Shown: one piece after another, positions 41,657 through 51,564 of the stretch | Layout of the letters: each line of letters starts with the position of its first letter | Position numbering within the stretch: position 1 is the stretch's first letter | The notes under the pieces: model-generated | What the model saw: only the letters and a program-made list of their open reading frames with translations | Told to the model about the DNA's origin: nothing | Databases searched by the model: none | Position numbers and translations under genes: made by a program | DNA from: Candidatus Heimdallarchaeota archaeon | GTDB lineage: Archaea > Asgardarchaeota > Heimdallarchaeia > JABLTI01 | Assembly (NCBI GenBank): GCA_018238155.1 | Contig: JABCTZ010000018.1 | Span: forward strand, 1 to 64,000 | Reading direction: 5' to 3' | DNA length: 64,000 nucleotides

Positions 41657-41817
41657 ATTCATTTTTAGCTCTTTTTTTCCTTCTTTTTACCATTTTTTCG
41701 TTTATTTCCTCTCTTTTTTTTACCTCAAAAAGAAAAGATATAATTAAGATACGTTTATTTTACTTTAAAAGAAAGTAATACTTGTTAAAAACAACACAAC
41801 GTGGCGAGAATCTACTA

Positions 41818-43998
41818 ATGACATACTCTAAACCAGAAGAGATTGCTCAAGTTGAAATACTTGTAACAGAAGGGAAATATTCCTTAGCATTAAATGAATT
41901 AGATATTATAGATACTACATGTAAATTGGATTCTTCAGCGAGTATTCTTTGTAAAATCATTAAAGGAAATATACTCCTAAAACTGGGTGAGTTTGAGGAA
42001 GCTTTAATAAAAGCTGATGAGATTTTAGAAAATTATCAATATTTAGGGGATTCCTTATTTGTTTTTGATGCGCATATAATTAAGATTTATGCTCTCGCAA
42101 ATTTCAACAGATTACCAGAAGCATTTGAAATTTTAGAAAAAAGTATTGAGATTCTCAAATCTCTTTTGAATGAGAGTATTTCAGAATTGAATCAAAGAAG
42201 AGCTGTCGTTCATCTACTTCGAGGAATTCTCTACGAAAAAAAAGCAGAATTAAAACGCGCGTTAAACAATTTTTTACAAAGTCTCTCTTTCTTTCGAGAA
42301 TTAGATAATAAACCATTTATTGCTGAAACATTAAATGCTAATGCAAGGATTTATTTCAAAACTGGGGATGTTATTCGAGCTCAACTAATTTACAAGCAAA
42401 GTCTAGAGATTTACAAGGAACTTGGTAATGAACTAGATGCAGCTTATGTATTGAATGATCTTGGTAAAATTTACGCTTGGAAAGGTGATTATGGATTAGC
42501 ACTAGAGCACAGTCTCCAAAGTTTAAGTATAAGTGAAGAATTAGATAACGAATATGCAAAAGTAATTTTTCTTCAAAATATTAGCAAAGTATTTTTCAAA
42601 CTAGGAGAATTAAATCGCTCTCTTGAATATCTTGAAAAATGCTTATCCATCTATGAAGGTCGAGATAATAAATCAGGAATAGCTTCTATTCTAAATTCCT
42701 TAAGTAGGATATTCTTTAGAAAAGGTGAAATTGATAAATCCTTAGACTACGCAAAGCAAAGTAAAAAAATCTATAATCAATTAGAGGAAAAACTCGGTCT
42801 CGCATCTGTAAATGAAACTCTTGGTAAACTGGAACTTAGTTTAGGGAATGTTGGAAAAGCTTATTCACTTTTAATAGAAAGTCTGGATTTACAAAATGAG
42901 CAAACAAATCGCATGGAAACTACTAGTACCTTATTTTGGTTAATTGTTACTAGTATCGAAAGTAATTCGCTCAATCAAGTACATACTTTTCTCCACAGAA
43001 TTCAAAAGATAATCGAGAAACAGAAAAATGAAGTGAGTGAATTAAGATATCGTTTAGCTTCTGCATTAATACTAAAAACTAGTTCAAAACATGATATTCT
43101 TCAAAAAGCAAAAAAAATGCTTCGTGACATAGAAGCAGGTGTTCTTCTTGACCATGAATTAATTTCTCTTGCTCAATATCATTTATGCGAATTACTAGTA
43201 AAAGAAATTGAATTATTCCATGAAAAGGATGAAATTCAAAATCTTGCAACAACCATTAACAAATACTATGCAACAGCAAAAAATATTGAATCGCATACAA
43301 TGTATGCAGAAAGCTTCTGGTTAAAAGTACAATTATCAATGATCAGACATAATTATCAAAAAGCAAGAATTTATCTTGAGCAAGCGCAACAAATAACTGA
43401 AGATAAAGGCTTTAGGAAATTAGCCATGGAAATTCCTCGAATGAGAACAATGTTGGAAGCCTATTTTGATTTAAATATAGAACCAACGATTGACACTCGC
43501 GTTAATTTTACAAATGATTTAAATGAACCCCTAAATGAAGATATAATCCGATTGGTCAACAAAAGGACAGTTGAGATACCTCAATTTGAGGAAGAAGAAC
43601 CAGTACTCCTTATTATTGTCTATGAAGGAGGAGTAACAATCTATTCGAAGAAATTCTCACAAAAGGAAATGATAGATGAAATGTTTGTTGGCGGATTTCT
43701 TACTGCTATTGATTCGTTTATGCATCAAACATTTGCTACAGGTGGATCAATTGAACGAATCAAACATCAGGAATATACTTTGTTATTAAAAGTTGAAAAT
43801 CCACTGCTTTTTTGTTATGTTTACAAAGGACAGTCATTTTCTGCAATTCAAAAATTAGATAAAATTATTAGCGAACTGAAAAAATCAATTACTATTTGGC
43901 ATGCACTTATCAATAATTTAGGTGAACAACTCTCAGATAGAGAAAAAGAGCAAATTGAAGGATTGGCTGATAAAACCTTCCTTGAAGAAACTAAGTAA
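41818..43998 (+). CDS. TPR protein with C-terminal longin-like domain
   Basis: Long TPR array, then PVLLIIVYEGGVTIYSKKF...DEMFVGGFLTAIDSFMHQTF...IERIKH...LFCYVYKG; ATG 41818 preferred. Confidence 0.8.
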   Translation: MTYSKPEEIAQVEILVTEGKYSLALNELDIIDTTCKLDSSASILCKIIKGNILLKLGEFEEALIKADEILENYQYLGDSLFVFDAHIIKIYALANFNRLPEAFEILEKSIEILKSLLNESISELNQRRAVVHLLRGILYEKKAELKRALNNFLQSLSFFRELDNKPFIAETLNANARIYFKTGDVIRAQLIYKQSLEIYKELGNELDAAYVLNDLGKIYAWKGDYGLALEHSLQSLSISEELDNEYAKVIFLQNISKVFFKLGELNRSLEYLEKCLSIYEGRDNKSGIASILNSLSRIFFRKGEIDKSLDYAKQSKKIYNQLEEKLGLASVNETLGKLELSLGNVGKAYSLLIESLDLQNEQTNRMETTSTLFWLIVTSIESNSLNQVHTFLHRIQKIIEKQKNEVSELRYRLASALILKTSSKHDILQKAKKMLRDIEAGVLLDHELISLAQYHLCELLVKEIELFHEKDEIQNLATTINKYYATAKNIESHTMYAESFWLKVQLSMIRHNYQKARIYLEQAQQITEDKGFRKLAMEIPRMRTMLEAYFDLNIEPTIDTRVNFTNDLNEPLNEDIIRLVNKRTVEIPQFEEEEPVLLIIVYEGGVTIYSKKFSQKEMIDEMFVGGFLTAIDSFMHQTFATGGSIERIKHQEYTLLLKVENPLLFCYVYKGQSFSAIQKLDKIISELKKSITIWHALINNLGEQLSDREKEQIEGLADKTFLEETK

Positions 43999-44185
43999 GA
44001 ATAACTTTTTTCCAATTAAAGACCAATCAATAAAATTATGATATTCATTTTCAATTATTTGATTACTTCATACTCGTGAGAATATCTCAAAACATCATAG
44101 TCAGAAGATTTGAAAGGTTGACCTTATGTTTCTTCAATGGAAGGTGATATGATAAGGGATTTTGATACTTAAATCAACAATCCAT

Positions 44186-44515
44186 TTATTTTTTAAGTAT
44201 ATTCAATGTTATTAACATCAATTCTTGAGAACCAGTATTTCTATAACCATGCCTTTTTCCTGCAGGAACTTCCACAACTAAACCAGGTTTTATTTCATAT
44301 TCTTCGTCGTCTATCCAACCAATTCCTGATCCTTCGAGATAATAAAACACGTGATGATAATCATCTATATGTGTTGAAAATTCTCCTTGAGTTTCAACTT
44401 TTGTTAAAACCATTTTTACATCAGACCATTCTTGTGGTATCAGTGATTTTCCAAAAACATTAATTGTGTCTTTAGGTCTTGTTTCTTTCCATTCTTTATC
44501 TGTAATGTAGTACAT
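44186..44515 (-). CDS. Cupin domain protein
   Basis: HID...HVFYYLEGSG...VPAGKRHGYRN. Confidence 0.85.
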   Translation of the reverse strand: MYYITDKEWKETRPKDTINVFGKSLIPQEWSDVKMVLTKVETQGEFSTHIDDYHHVFYYLEGSGIGWIDDEEYEIKPGLVVEVPAGKRHGYRNTGSQELMLITLNILKK

Positions 44516-44623
44516 CGTTCCAACTTTCCATGGTTTTTCTTTCTAATACTATCCTTAGCAAATAAAAAATCTTGTTAATAAAATTACAGAAGCTATTTAA
44601 ACTAAATTTTAACATCTATAATT

Positions 44624-45105
44624 ATGAAATTGAATTGGGGTAGAAAAAAAATCATTTCGTTATGTTAACTATTCTAGGGATAGTATTAGGAAGTTGTGGA
44701 TTTTTTACCTTAAAAAATAATTTTACCGTAGTTTTCATTATAATGGTTGCAAGTGGGGGAATAATTTTTATGATAGGTTTTGGCAATTTTATCCTTGGAA
44801 CATCTAATGATAGCAAAGATGAATGTTCTGATAGAGCAAATAATATGTCCATTCAAAAAATAAAAGAAATAATTAGAAGTGACGTTAAAACCAAAGTATT
44901 GTTTGAATATATTTACTTAGAAACAACTCCTCCTGAAAAAACCATTTGTATGATAACAAAGATTCCCTTAGACAATCAAAAGGATATTTTACTATGCCCT
45001 CATTGTGAATCCTATTTTCTTGGCACATATCTTAGTGAATAGGTAGAAGAAAAAACTATATATCCTGTTTGTAAAAGCAATCTAAAAATAACTATTAAGA
45101 AATAG
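44624..45105 (+). pseudogene. Decayed membrane-anchored RING-like zinc-finger gene
   Basis: Two TM, then CMIT...CPHC...YLSE*VEEKTIYPVCK; TAG at 45040 lies where Trp (TGG) is expected; upstream ATG 44624 is out of frame. Confidence 0.6.
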
Positions 45106-45128
45106 AAAGAAAAAAAGATTGATTCGAA

Positions 45129-46016
45129 TCAATCTTTATCAGTAAACCAATTTTCTGTCCAATTTCCTATCCAAGAGATTGCTAACGCTCCAGTACCGAT
45201 GTGTGCACCAATCGTTGGTCCAATTGCCACAAGAGCAATATCTTTTGGTAAATTTGCTAAATCTTTGATTGATTCGTAGTATCTCTCTGCAAGAGTTTTA
45301 TCATTGGTATAGCCTATCCAGAGTATATCATAATCTAAATTTGAGATGATTTTTGGTGCGATTCTTACCATTCCATTGTAAGCTTCTTCAGAGCCGGTAA
45401 CAGAAAGAAAACTTTCAACTAAACCATCCCTGACTTGCATTATTGGTTTCTTGTTCAATAATTTACCAAAAATTTTCTTTGCTCGTCCAATCCTTCCACC
45501 ACGATGAAGATACTCAAGTGTATCTAAAGTACAAACAATTCTTGACTTTGGAATGAGATTATTTTTTAGAGTGGCTAAAATTTCTTCCTTCTTTTTACCT
45601 TCTTTATTTAACTTTCCAGCAATTAGAACTATCAATCCTAAAGGAAGCGTTGTAGTGTTTCCATCTATAGCAATAATGTCTTTTCCTTTCAATTGATTTA
45701 TTGCCAATTGTACTGAATTCATTGTTCCAGACATATTTGGTGTTATATGAATTGAGATAATTGTTTCGTAACCTTGGTCGAAAATTTTTGTGTATACTTC
45801 CATGAATTCCTTTGCAGAAGGTTGAGAAGTTTTAGGCCATTCATAAATACCACTTTCAACCATTCCGTAGAACTCACCAGGTGATATTGTAACTTTATCT
45901 TTGTATCGATCTTCACCAAAGAAAACATTTAGAGGAATAATTTCGATATCGTATTTATCTGCTAAATCTTTAGGCAGATCACTAGTAGAATCTGTAACTA
46001 TCTTAATTTTTGACAA
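45129..46016 (-). CDS. DegV/FakB fatty-acid-binding protein
   Basis: IVTDSTSDLP, KTSQPS, SGT, LHRGGRIG, GAHIG; TTG start after GGAGA. Confidence 0.92.
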   Translation of the reverse strand: MSKIKIVTDSTSDLPKDLADKYDIEIIPLNVFFGEDRYKDKVTISPGEFYGMVESGIYEWPKTSQPSAKEFMEVYTKIFDQGYETIISIHITPNMSGTMNSVQLAINQLKGKDIIAIDGNTTTLPLGLIVLIAGKLNKEGKKKEEILATLKNNLIPKSRIVCTLDTLEYLHRGGRIGRAKKIFGKLLNKKPIMQVRDGLVESFLSVTGSEEAYNGMVRIAPKIISNLDYDILWIGYTNDKTLAERYYESIKDLANLPKDIALVAIGPTIGAHIGTGALAISWIGNWTENWFTDKD

Positions 46017-46176
46017 AATACTATCTCCAGTTATATACAAACTAGTCGAAAATTCTAACTAGTAATTTAAAAAACTTGTTAAATATAAAAAGAAGCAAAA
46101 AATTTCTTCAAAAAGTAATTTGGAATGCAAAATAAACGAATTTTTTTATTTATACTTTATTTGAAGGGTACAACAG

Positions 46177-46881
46177 TTATTCATCTACAACCTTTTTCAA
46201 TTTCCGTGCATTAGCAATATTATACTCGAGATCTTTTGGATTAGGTACAATTCCATCCCAATCGGATTCTTCTACAAATTTAATAAAAAATTCATGTAAT
46301 TCTTCTGGTTCGAATTTTGCTACTTTCAGTGGTGAATCTAATCCTGCATCATTGTATAATCGTGATAGTTTAGTTCTAACGTACCCCATTCTTGTGATGT
46401 CTGAAAGCTTTACTAATTCTAAAACAACCTTTTCTGATATGTTTAATTGTTTAGCAATTTGTTCTCTTTGAATTTTTGTTTTTCCAGCTTCAAGCATTTG
46501 TTCAACATCTTTTATTCCTATTATAGCGAGTTTTTTCACTTGTTCTTGATCGATATTTTGAAATTCTTTAATCGGAAATATTCTTCTTGACTTTTTAGTT
46601 CTCTCCTCTCTTAGAGTTCTTGCACAATCAAGCATCTCACCTTTTTCAATGAAGCTAAAATAATTCATAAGAACATAAAGAAATCCTTTGGCAGATCCCT
46701 TTGCCAATTCAATTATATCTACATACGATTCAATGTCATCTGATTTGACATCGACAATCTTCTTATTTCTTTTAATATCAAGAAACTCAGTGAATTTTTT
46801 CATTGTCAGAACATTTCTATCAACAACATTTTGCTTCTTGCCTTTTCTTCTTAGATTTTTTCGAAATGCTTCTTCATCCAT
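46177..46881 (-). CDS. DUF4332-like helix-hairpin-helix protein with helical N-domain
   Basis: KLAIIGIKDVEQML...LVKLSDITRMGYV...RLYNDAGLDS. Confidence 0.6.
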   Translation of the reverse strand: MDEEAFRKNLRRKGKKQNVVDRNVLTMKKFTEFLDIKRNKKIVDVKSDDIESYVDIIELAKGSAKGFLYVLMNYFSFIEKGEMLDCARTLREERTKKSRRIFPIKEFQNIDQEQVKKLAIIGIKDVEQMLEAGKTKIQREQIAKQLNISEKVVLELVKLSDITRMGYVRTKLSRLYNDAGLDSPLKVAKFEPEELHEFFIKFVEESDWDGIVPNPKDLEYNIANARKLKKVVDE

Positions 46882-47071
46882 TTATTTCATATCCGTAATT
46901 ACTCTTTTGGTAATAAATCATCTTCAAGTAGATTGCAAAAATAGCATACATCATCTTTCTTTGATGATTTAATAATATCAAACTTTATATAATAATATAG
47001 AGGAAATATTATCTCTTCACCTGTATACAAAAATAAAAAGAAAGGATAGATTAAGAAAATAATCTACCTGC

Positions 47072-47956
47072 TTATTTATTGAAAAACCATTTTTCGTCCC
47101 AATCGCCTACCCAAGATAGAGCCATAACATTTGGTCCAATATGAGCACCAACTGCGGGTCCAATATCTGCTTGAATAATATTTTTGGGTGCGTTTGGTAA
47201 TTTTCGAATAGCAGCTTCAACTTTATTTGCGAGTTCTTGATTACTAGTATAGCCAACCCATAGGGTATCAAATTCTAAAACATCACAAACTTTTGGAGCC
47301 ATATTCATAAGTCCTTCAAAACCTTCATCATGATTTTTTGTTGTACCAAAACTATCTACAAGACCATCTGTTATTTGAATCAAAGGATTCTTTTTAAGAA
47401 GAGTGCCAAGTATTTTCTTTGCGCGACCTATTCTTCCTCCTTTATGGAGATAATCTAAACTCTCCAGAACGCCAACTATATGAGAATTTGGAACATATTT
47501 TTCATTTAGTGTTTTAATAATTTCATCTTTACTCTTTCCTTCTTTATTTAGCTTAGCAGCAAAAAGTGCTAGTAAACCCAATGGATTTGAAACAGTGTTT
47601 CCATTTACCAGAGTAATATCCTTGCCGGGCATTTTATTGATTGCTAAATTAACAGAATTTTGTGTTCCTGAGAGTTTTGGTGAAATATGGATTGAAATTA
47701 TTGAATCATATCCTTCTTTGAAGATACTCTCATATAAGTCTATAAATTCTTTAGCTGATGGTTGAGAAGTTTTTGGCCAATCATAAATACCACTATCACA
47801 CATTCCGTAGAATTCACTTGTGGTGATCGTGATTCGATCTTTGAACTTTTCATCACCAAAGAAGACGTTTAATGGAATTACACTGATATCGTATTCTTTT
47901 GCAACTTCTTTTGGTATGTCACTTGTTGAATCTGTAACTATTTTAATTTTTGACAA
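47072..47956 (-). CDS. DegV/FakB fatty-acid-binding protein (paralog)
   Basis: IVTDSTSDIP, KTSQPS, LSGT, LHKGGRIG, GAHIGP; TTG start after GGAGA. Confidence 0.92.
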   Translation of the reverse strand: MSKIKIVTDSTSDIPKEVAKEYDISVIPLNVFFGDEKFKDRITITTSEFYGMCDSGIYDWPKTSQPSAKEFIDLYESIFKEGYDSIISIHISPKLSGTQNSVNLAINKMPGKDITLVNGNTVSNPLGLLALFAAKLNKEGKSKDEIIKTLNEKYVPNSHIVGVLESLDYLHKGGRIGRAKKILGTLLKKNPLIQITDGLVDSFGTTKNHDEGFEGLMNMAPKVCDVLEFDTLWVGYTSNQELANKVEAAIRKLPNAPKNIIQADIGPAVGAHIGPNVMALSWVGDWDEKWFFNK

Positions 47957-48213
47957 AATGCTTTCTCCTGAGCTGGATTACCAAAACATAATCCATTAAC
48001 AATTGATATCTAGCTATTTTTCTACTTTTATCCGACTAAAAACTTATTATTCTTTTACAGTAAAAGAAAATGGAGCTCAAAAATCAACTTTAATCTTAAA
48101 GAAATGATTTAAAAGCAGGTTCAGTAAACAATCTGATGAGAGTAAGGAGCCCTCTCTTAGCCACTTTGCTATCAATAAAACTCCACCAGCAAATTGAATT
48201 ATTGGTGATATCA

Positions 48214-49149
48214 ATGAATATAGTAGCAAAGTTTGGTCGTGACGATTTAGCGATTTTATATATAGCTAAAAATGATGATAAATATATTGAATTTGTCGAA
48301 TCCTTACAACCACCAATTACTCGAGAGGAAAAATGGGTTATTATTATTTCTACCATGTATGGGTGTCCCGTACGTTGTGATATGTGTGATGCAGGTACTT
48401 ATTACAAGGGGAAAATATCCTATCAAACAATGCTAGATCAAATTGATCATATAGTTACTAAGAGATATCCAGATAGAATAGTTCCAGCAAAAAAATTCAA
48501 GGTTCAATTTGCACGGATGGGTGAACCTGCACTAAATGATGATGTTCTAGCGGTCATGAAACACCTTCCAGACAAATATGATGCTCCAGGATTATTACCA
48601 TGTATCTCCACAATTGCTCCTACTAAAGCTGAGAAGTTCATGAATGAAATGATAGATATTAAGAATGAATTTTATTCCAATGGTTATTTTCAATTACAAT
48701 TTTCAATCCATTCTACTGATGAAAAAACGAGAAGAAAAGTCATTCCCTACAACATCTGGTCTTTAGAAGAGATAGCAATTTATGGCGAATCTTATTGGAA
48801 AAAGGGTGACCGAAAAATAACACTTAATTTTGCAGCTGAAAAGTGCAATCCACTTGAGCCTGAGAAACTCGTCGAAATTTTCGATCCGAAAAGATTTTTC
48901 TTAAAAATAACTCCAATAAATCCAACAGGTATTGCGAAAGCACATAGCTTACAATCAATGATTTCTGTAGAGACAGGAGAGTTCGCTAAAAAGAAAATAA
49001 AAACATTGGAAGATTTAGGTTTTGAGGTTCTCTTAAGTATTGGAGAATTAGAGGAAAATCACATTGGGAGTAATTGTGGCCAACACGCTCTAAAATTCCA
49101 AGATGGTAATTTTACTATAGAAAACTATCAAAAATATCAAAAATCTTGA
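48214..49149 (+). CDS. Short RlmN/Cfr-like radical SAM protein
   Basis: ISTMYGCPVRCDMCDAG, RMGEP, QFSIHS, SNCGQ; ATG 48214 after GGTGA. Confidence 0.8.
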   Translation: MNIVAKFGRDDLAILYIAKNDDKYIEFVESLQPPITREEKWVIIISTMYGCPVRCDMCDAGTYYKGKISYQTMLDQIDHIVTKRYPDRIVPAKKFKVQFARMGEPALNDDVLAVMKHLPDKYDAPGLLPCISTIAPTKAEKFMNEMIDIKNEFYSNGYFQLQFSIHSTDEKTRRKVIPYNIWSLEEIAIYGESYWKKGDRKITLNFAAEKCNPLEPEKLVEIFDPKRFFLKITPINPTGIAKAHSLQSMISVETGEFAKKKIKTLEDLGFEVLLSIGELEENHIGSNCGQHALKFQDGNFTIENYQKYQKS

Positions 49150-49162
49150 TAATTTAATTCAC

Positions 49163-49834
49163 GTGAAGACTATGAGAAAAGAACCCTATTTTACAAATGA
49201 GAATCGAGAAACAAAGACTGCTGAATGGAAGGAAATACTTTCAAAGTACTATTCCAGTAAAAAGAAGTTTGCCTTTACAATGGAAAATAGTGCATTATTG
49301 ATAATTGATATGCAAGAATATTTTCTCAACTCAAACTCATATGCTTTTATACCTGCATCAAAGGCAATAATTGAACCAATTTTACGATTAAAGAAAGCTT
49401 TTGAGAAAAATAACAAAGGTGTTTTTTTCACACAATATGGTTTACAACCTGTAATTGATGATAGTAGTATGATGCACAGATGGTGGAAAAAAACATTAAG
49501 TACAAAAGATTCTATGTTTGAAATTTCGTCTGAAATGAATGCAGACGAGAAATCAGTCTATTTTAAATCAACATATGATATATTTGAAACAACAAGTCTA
49601 GCACTTAATCTTGATAAACAAGGAATAACAAAATTGGTTATTACTGGAGTTGCAACACATTTGTGTTGTGAAGCAATTGCAAGAAGTGCTTTCGATTTAG
49701 GGTTTGAGGTTTATTTACCAATTGATTGCATGGCAACCTCTACAGAAGAATTCCATCTGAATTCATTAAAAGCAGCTAGCAATGGTTTTGGAATACCAAT
49801 AACAAGTGAGGAGATCTTGGAGAAGGCAAAATGA
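49163..49834 (+). CDS. Isochorismatase-family cysteine hydrolase
   Basis: ALLIIDMQEYF, K-x-x-YDIF, TGVATHLCCE (start could be ATG 49172). Confidence 0.88.
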   Translation: MKTMRKEPYFTNENRETKTAEWKEILSKYYSSKKKFAFTMENSALLIIDMQEYFLNSNSYAFIPASKAIIEPILRLKKAFEKNNKGVFFTQYGLQPVIDDSSMMHRWWKKTLSTKDSMFEISSEMNADEKSVYFKSTYDIFETTSLALNLDKQGITKLVITGVATHLCCEAIARSAFDLGFEVYLPIDCMATSTEEFHLNSLKAASNGFGIPITSEEILEKAK

Positions 49835-50712
49835 ACAAAAGGCAAACTAAGGTTGCAATAATTGGTGCTGGTCCTGCTGGTTGCGCAGCAGCAATCCAAC
49901 TTAAAAGAGCAGGAATTGACCCCATTTTATTTGAAAAAAATAAAATAGGCGGGTTAGCTCTAAATGCCAATCTCATCGAAAATTATCTTGGAATTGAACA
50001 AGGGATTTCTGGCTTAGAATTTGGCGAAAAAATGGAAGAACAAGTTCTGTCATTAGTTGTTGACATTATTTTTGAAAAAGTAGAAAAAATAACTATAGAA
50101 CAAGATAAAATTGTGCTTACTACAAAAGAAACAACTTGTCTGTGTGATTTTCTTATTGTAGCTACCGGTTCAATCTCAAAACCCCTAGGAGTTAAAGGAG
50201 AAAGCGAAGCAGAAAAGAGAGAACAGTTATTCTATGAACCAATTTTTGTTCCAGAAACTAAAATCACAAATTCAAAAATAGCTATTATAGGTGGAAGTGA
50301 TGCTGCATTTGATTACGCCTTAAATTTTGCTCAGAGAGAAAATGAAATTATCATTATTCATCGTACTGAAAAATTCAAATGTTTGCCTTTACTATATTAT
50401 CGTGTTTCTAATCTCGGGTCAATTGAACTGCAATATCCAAAAAAAGTAAAAGAAGTCCTATTTTCTGAAGAAAATAAGCTAAATCTTCTATTGGATGATG
50501 ATTCAATATTAACAGTAGATTTTGCATTAGTTGCTATTGGTAGAGAACCAAATAATATGTTACTCAAAGATATTCCTGAAGAATTAATGGAAAGCAAAGT
50601 ATTCACTATTGGTGATTTAGTAAATGATCGTTATCGTCAAATATCAATTGCCGCTGGAGAAGGCTTACACTGTGCGATGAAAATCATTGAATTAATTGAA
50701 AATAATGAATGA
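49831..50712 (+). CDS. TrxB-like FAD/NAD(P) oxidoreductase lacking the CxxC motif
   Basis: IIGAGPAG, IVATG, IIGGSDAA, IGD, AAGEG; ATGA overlap with the upstream gene. Confidence 0.85.
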   Translation: MNKRQTKVAIIGAGPAGCAAAIQLKRAGIDPILFEKNKIGGLALNANLIENYLGIEQGISGLEFGEKMEEQVLSLVVDIIFEKVEKITIEQDKIVLTTKETTCLCDFLIVATGSISKPLGVKGESEAEKREQLFYEPIFVPETKITNSKIAIIGGSDAAFDYALNFAQRENEIIIIHRTEKFKCLPLLYYRVSNLGSIELQYPKKVKEVLFSEENKLNLLLDDDSILTVDFALVAIGREPNNMLLKDIPEELMESKVFTIGDLVNDRYRQISIAAGEGLHCAMKIIELIENNE

Positions 50713-50764
50713 TTGCCCTAACTTCAGAGTAAACTATGTGGTGGAAAAAACCAAGAGAAACGAT

Positions 50765-51358
50765 TCATTCTATTCCTTGTTTTTTCTTTAGTCTTTTTAG
50801 CATACTTTTTGCTCCTTTTACAGCGGGATAAATTTCTAATACTTTCTCAAGTGCTTCAATAGCTAAATCAAATTCTCCTATTTCATCATAAACTTTACTC
50901 AAACCGGACCAACTTTCAACTTTAGTGGGTTTAATTTCAACTGCTTTTTTCCAGCATTCAATTGCTTTCTCACTGTTTTTCTCGTTAATATAAGCAATTG
51001 CCATATTATTCCATGCTTCATGGTCATCTGGTTGTAAAGTAACTACTTTAGTGTAAATTTCAATTGCTTTATCATTAACATCTAATTCTCTAAGAGTATT
51101 AGCCATATTATATAGGACATCTATATCATCAGGTCTAATTTGTAAAGCTCTTCTCCAACAATAGAATGCATTCTCCCAATCACCTCTACCCTCATAGAGT
51201 ACATTCCCTAAATTATACCAACCATCGAAATGATCGGGATCTAATTCTGTTGTTTTTCCCCAACATTGAATTGCACCTTCTGCATCACCATTTTTTCCGT
51301 ATTCTACACCTTTTTTATATTGTTTTTTGGCTTCTGTGAGCTTTTCCTTTTTTGTCAT
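50765..51358 (-). CDS. TPR repeat protein
   Basis: WYNLG, LYNMA, WNNMA, WSGLS repeats; ATG 51358 preferred. Confidence 0.85.
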   Translation of the reverse strand: MTKKEKLTEAKKQYKKGVEYGKNGDAEGAIQCWGKTTELDPDHFDGWYNLGNVLYEGRGDWENAFYCWRRALQIRPDDIDVLYNMANTLRELDVNDKAIEIYTKVVTLQPDDHEAWNNMAIAYINEKNSEKAIECWKKAVEIKPTKVESWSGLSKVYDEIGEFDLAIEALEKVLEIYPAVKGAKSMLKRLKKKQGIE

Positions 51359-51564
51359 ACTTTTTTTTTCTGTCAATAATATCAACCTTTTTTAAGAAGA
51401 CAATTACTGTCTATTAATGTGTTGTAGTCAAATTTTACCATATAAAAGGATTAGAAAAATCAACAAAAAAATGAATTTTGGTTAAATCGATTGAATTATC
51501 TTTGATACACCCGCTGAGAAAGGGTTTTTTATTTAGATATCATTAACTAATTAAGTGACTCGCT

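Noticed and set aside
44000-44185. Possible minus-strand gene remnant downstream of the cupin gene
   Set aside because: Interrupted by a stop and not assignable to any family by eye
45040-45042. In-frame TAG as possible pyrrolysine or recoding site
   Set aside because: It falls at an expected Trp in a gene with other lesions; TAG is used as a normal stop elsewhere in the window
46177-46881. N-terminus reminiscent of an integrase SAM-like domain, suggesting a mobile element between the DegV genes
   Set aside because: No catalytic tyrosine-recombinase domain, att sites or terminal repeats seen
48133-48160. CTGATGA followed by a stem, resembling a hammerhead ribozyme core or C/D box
   Set aside because: The required GAAA after stem II is absent (TCTTAG follows), and there is no convincing terminal box C/box D pair
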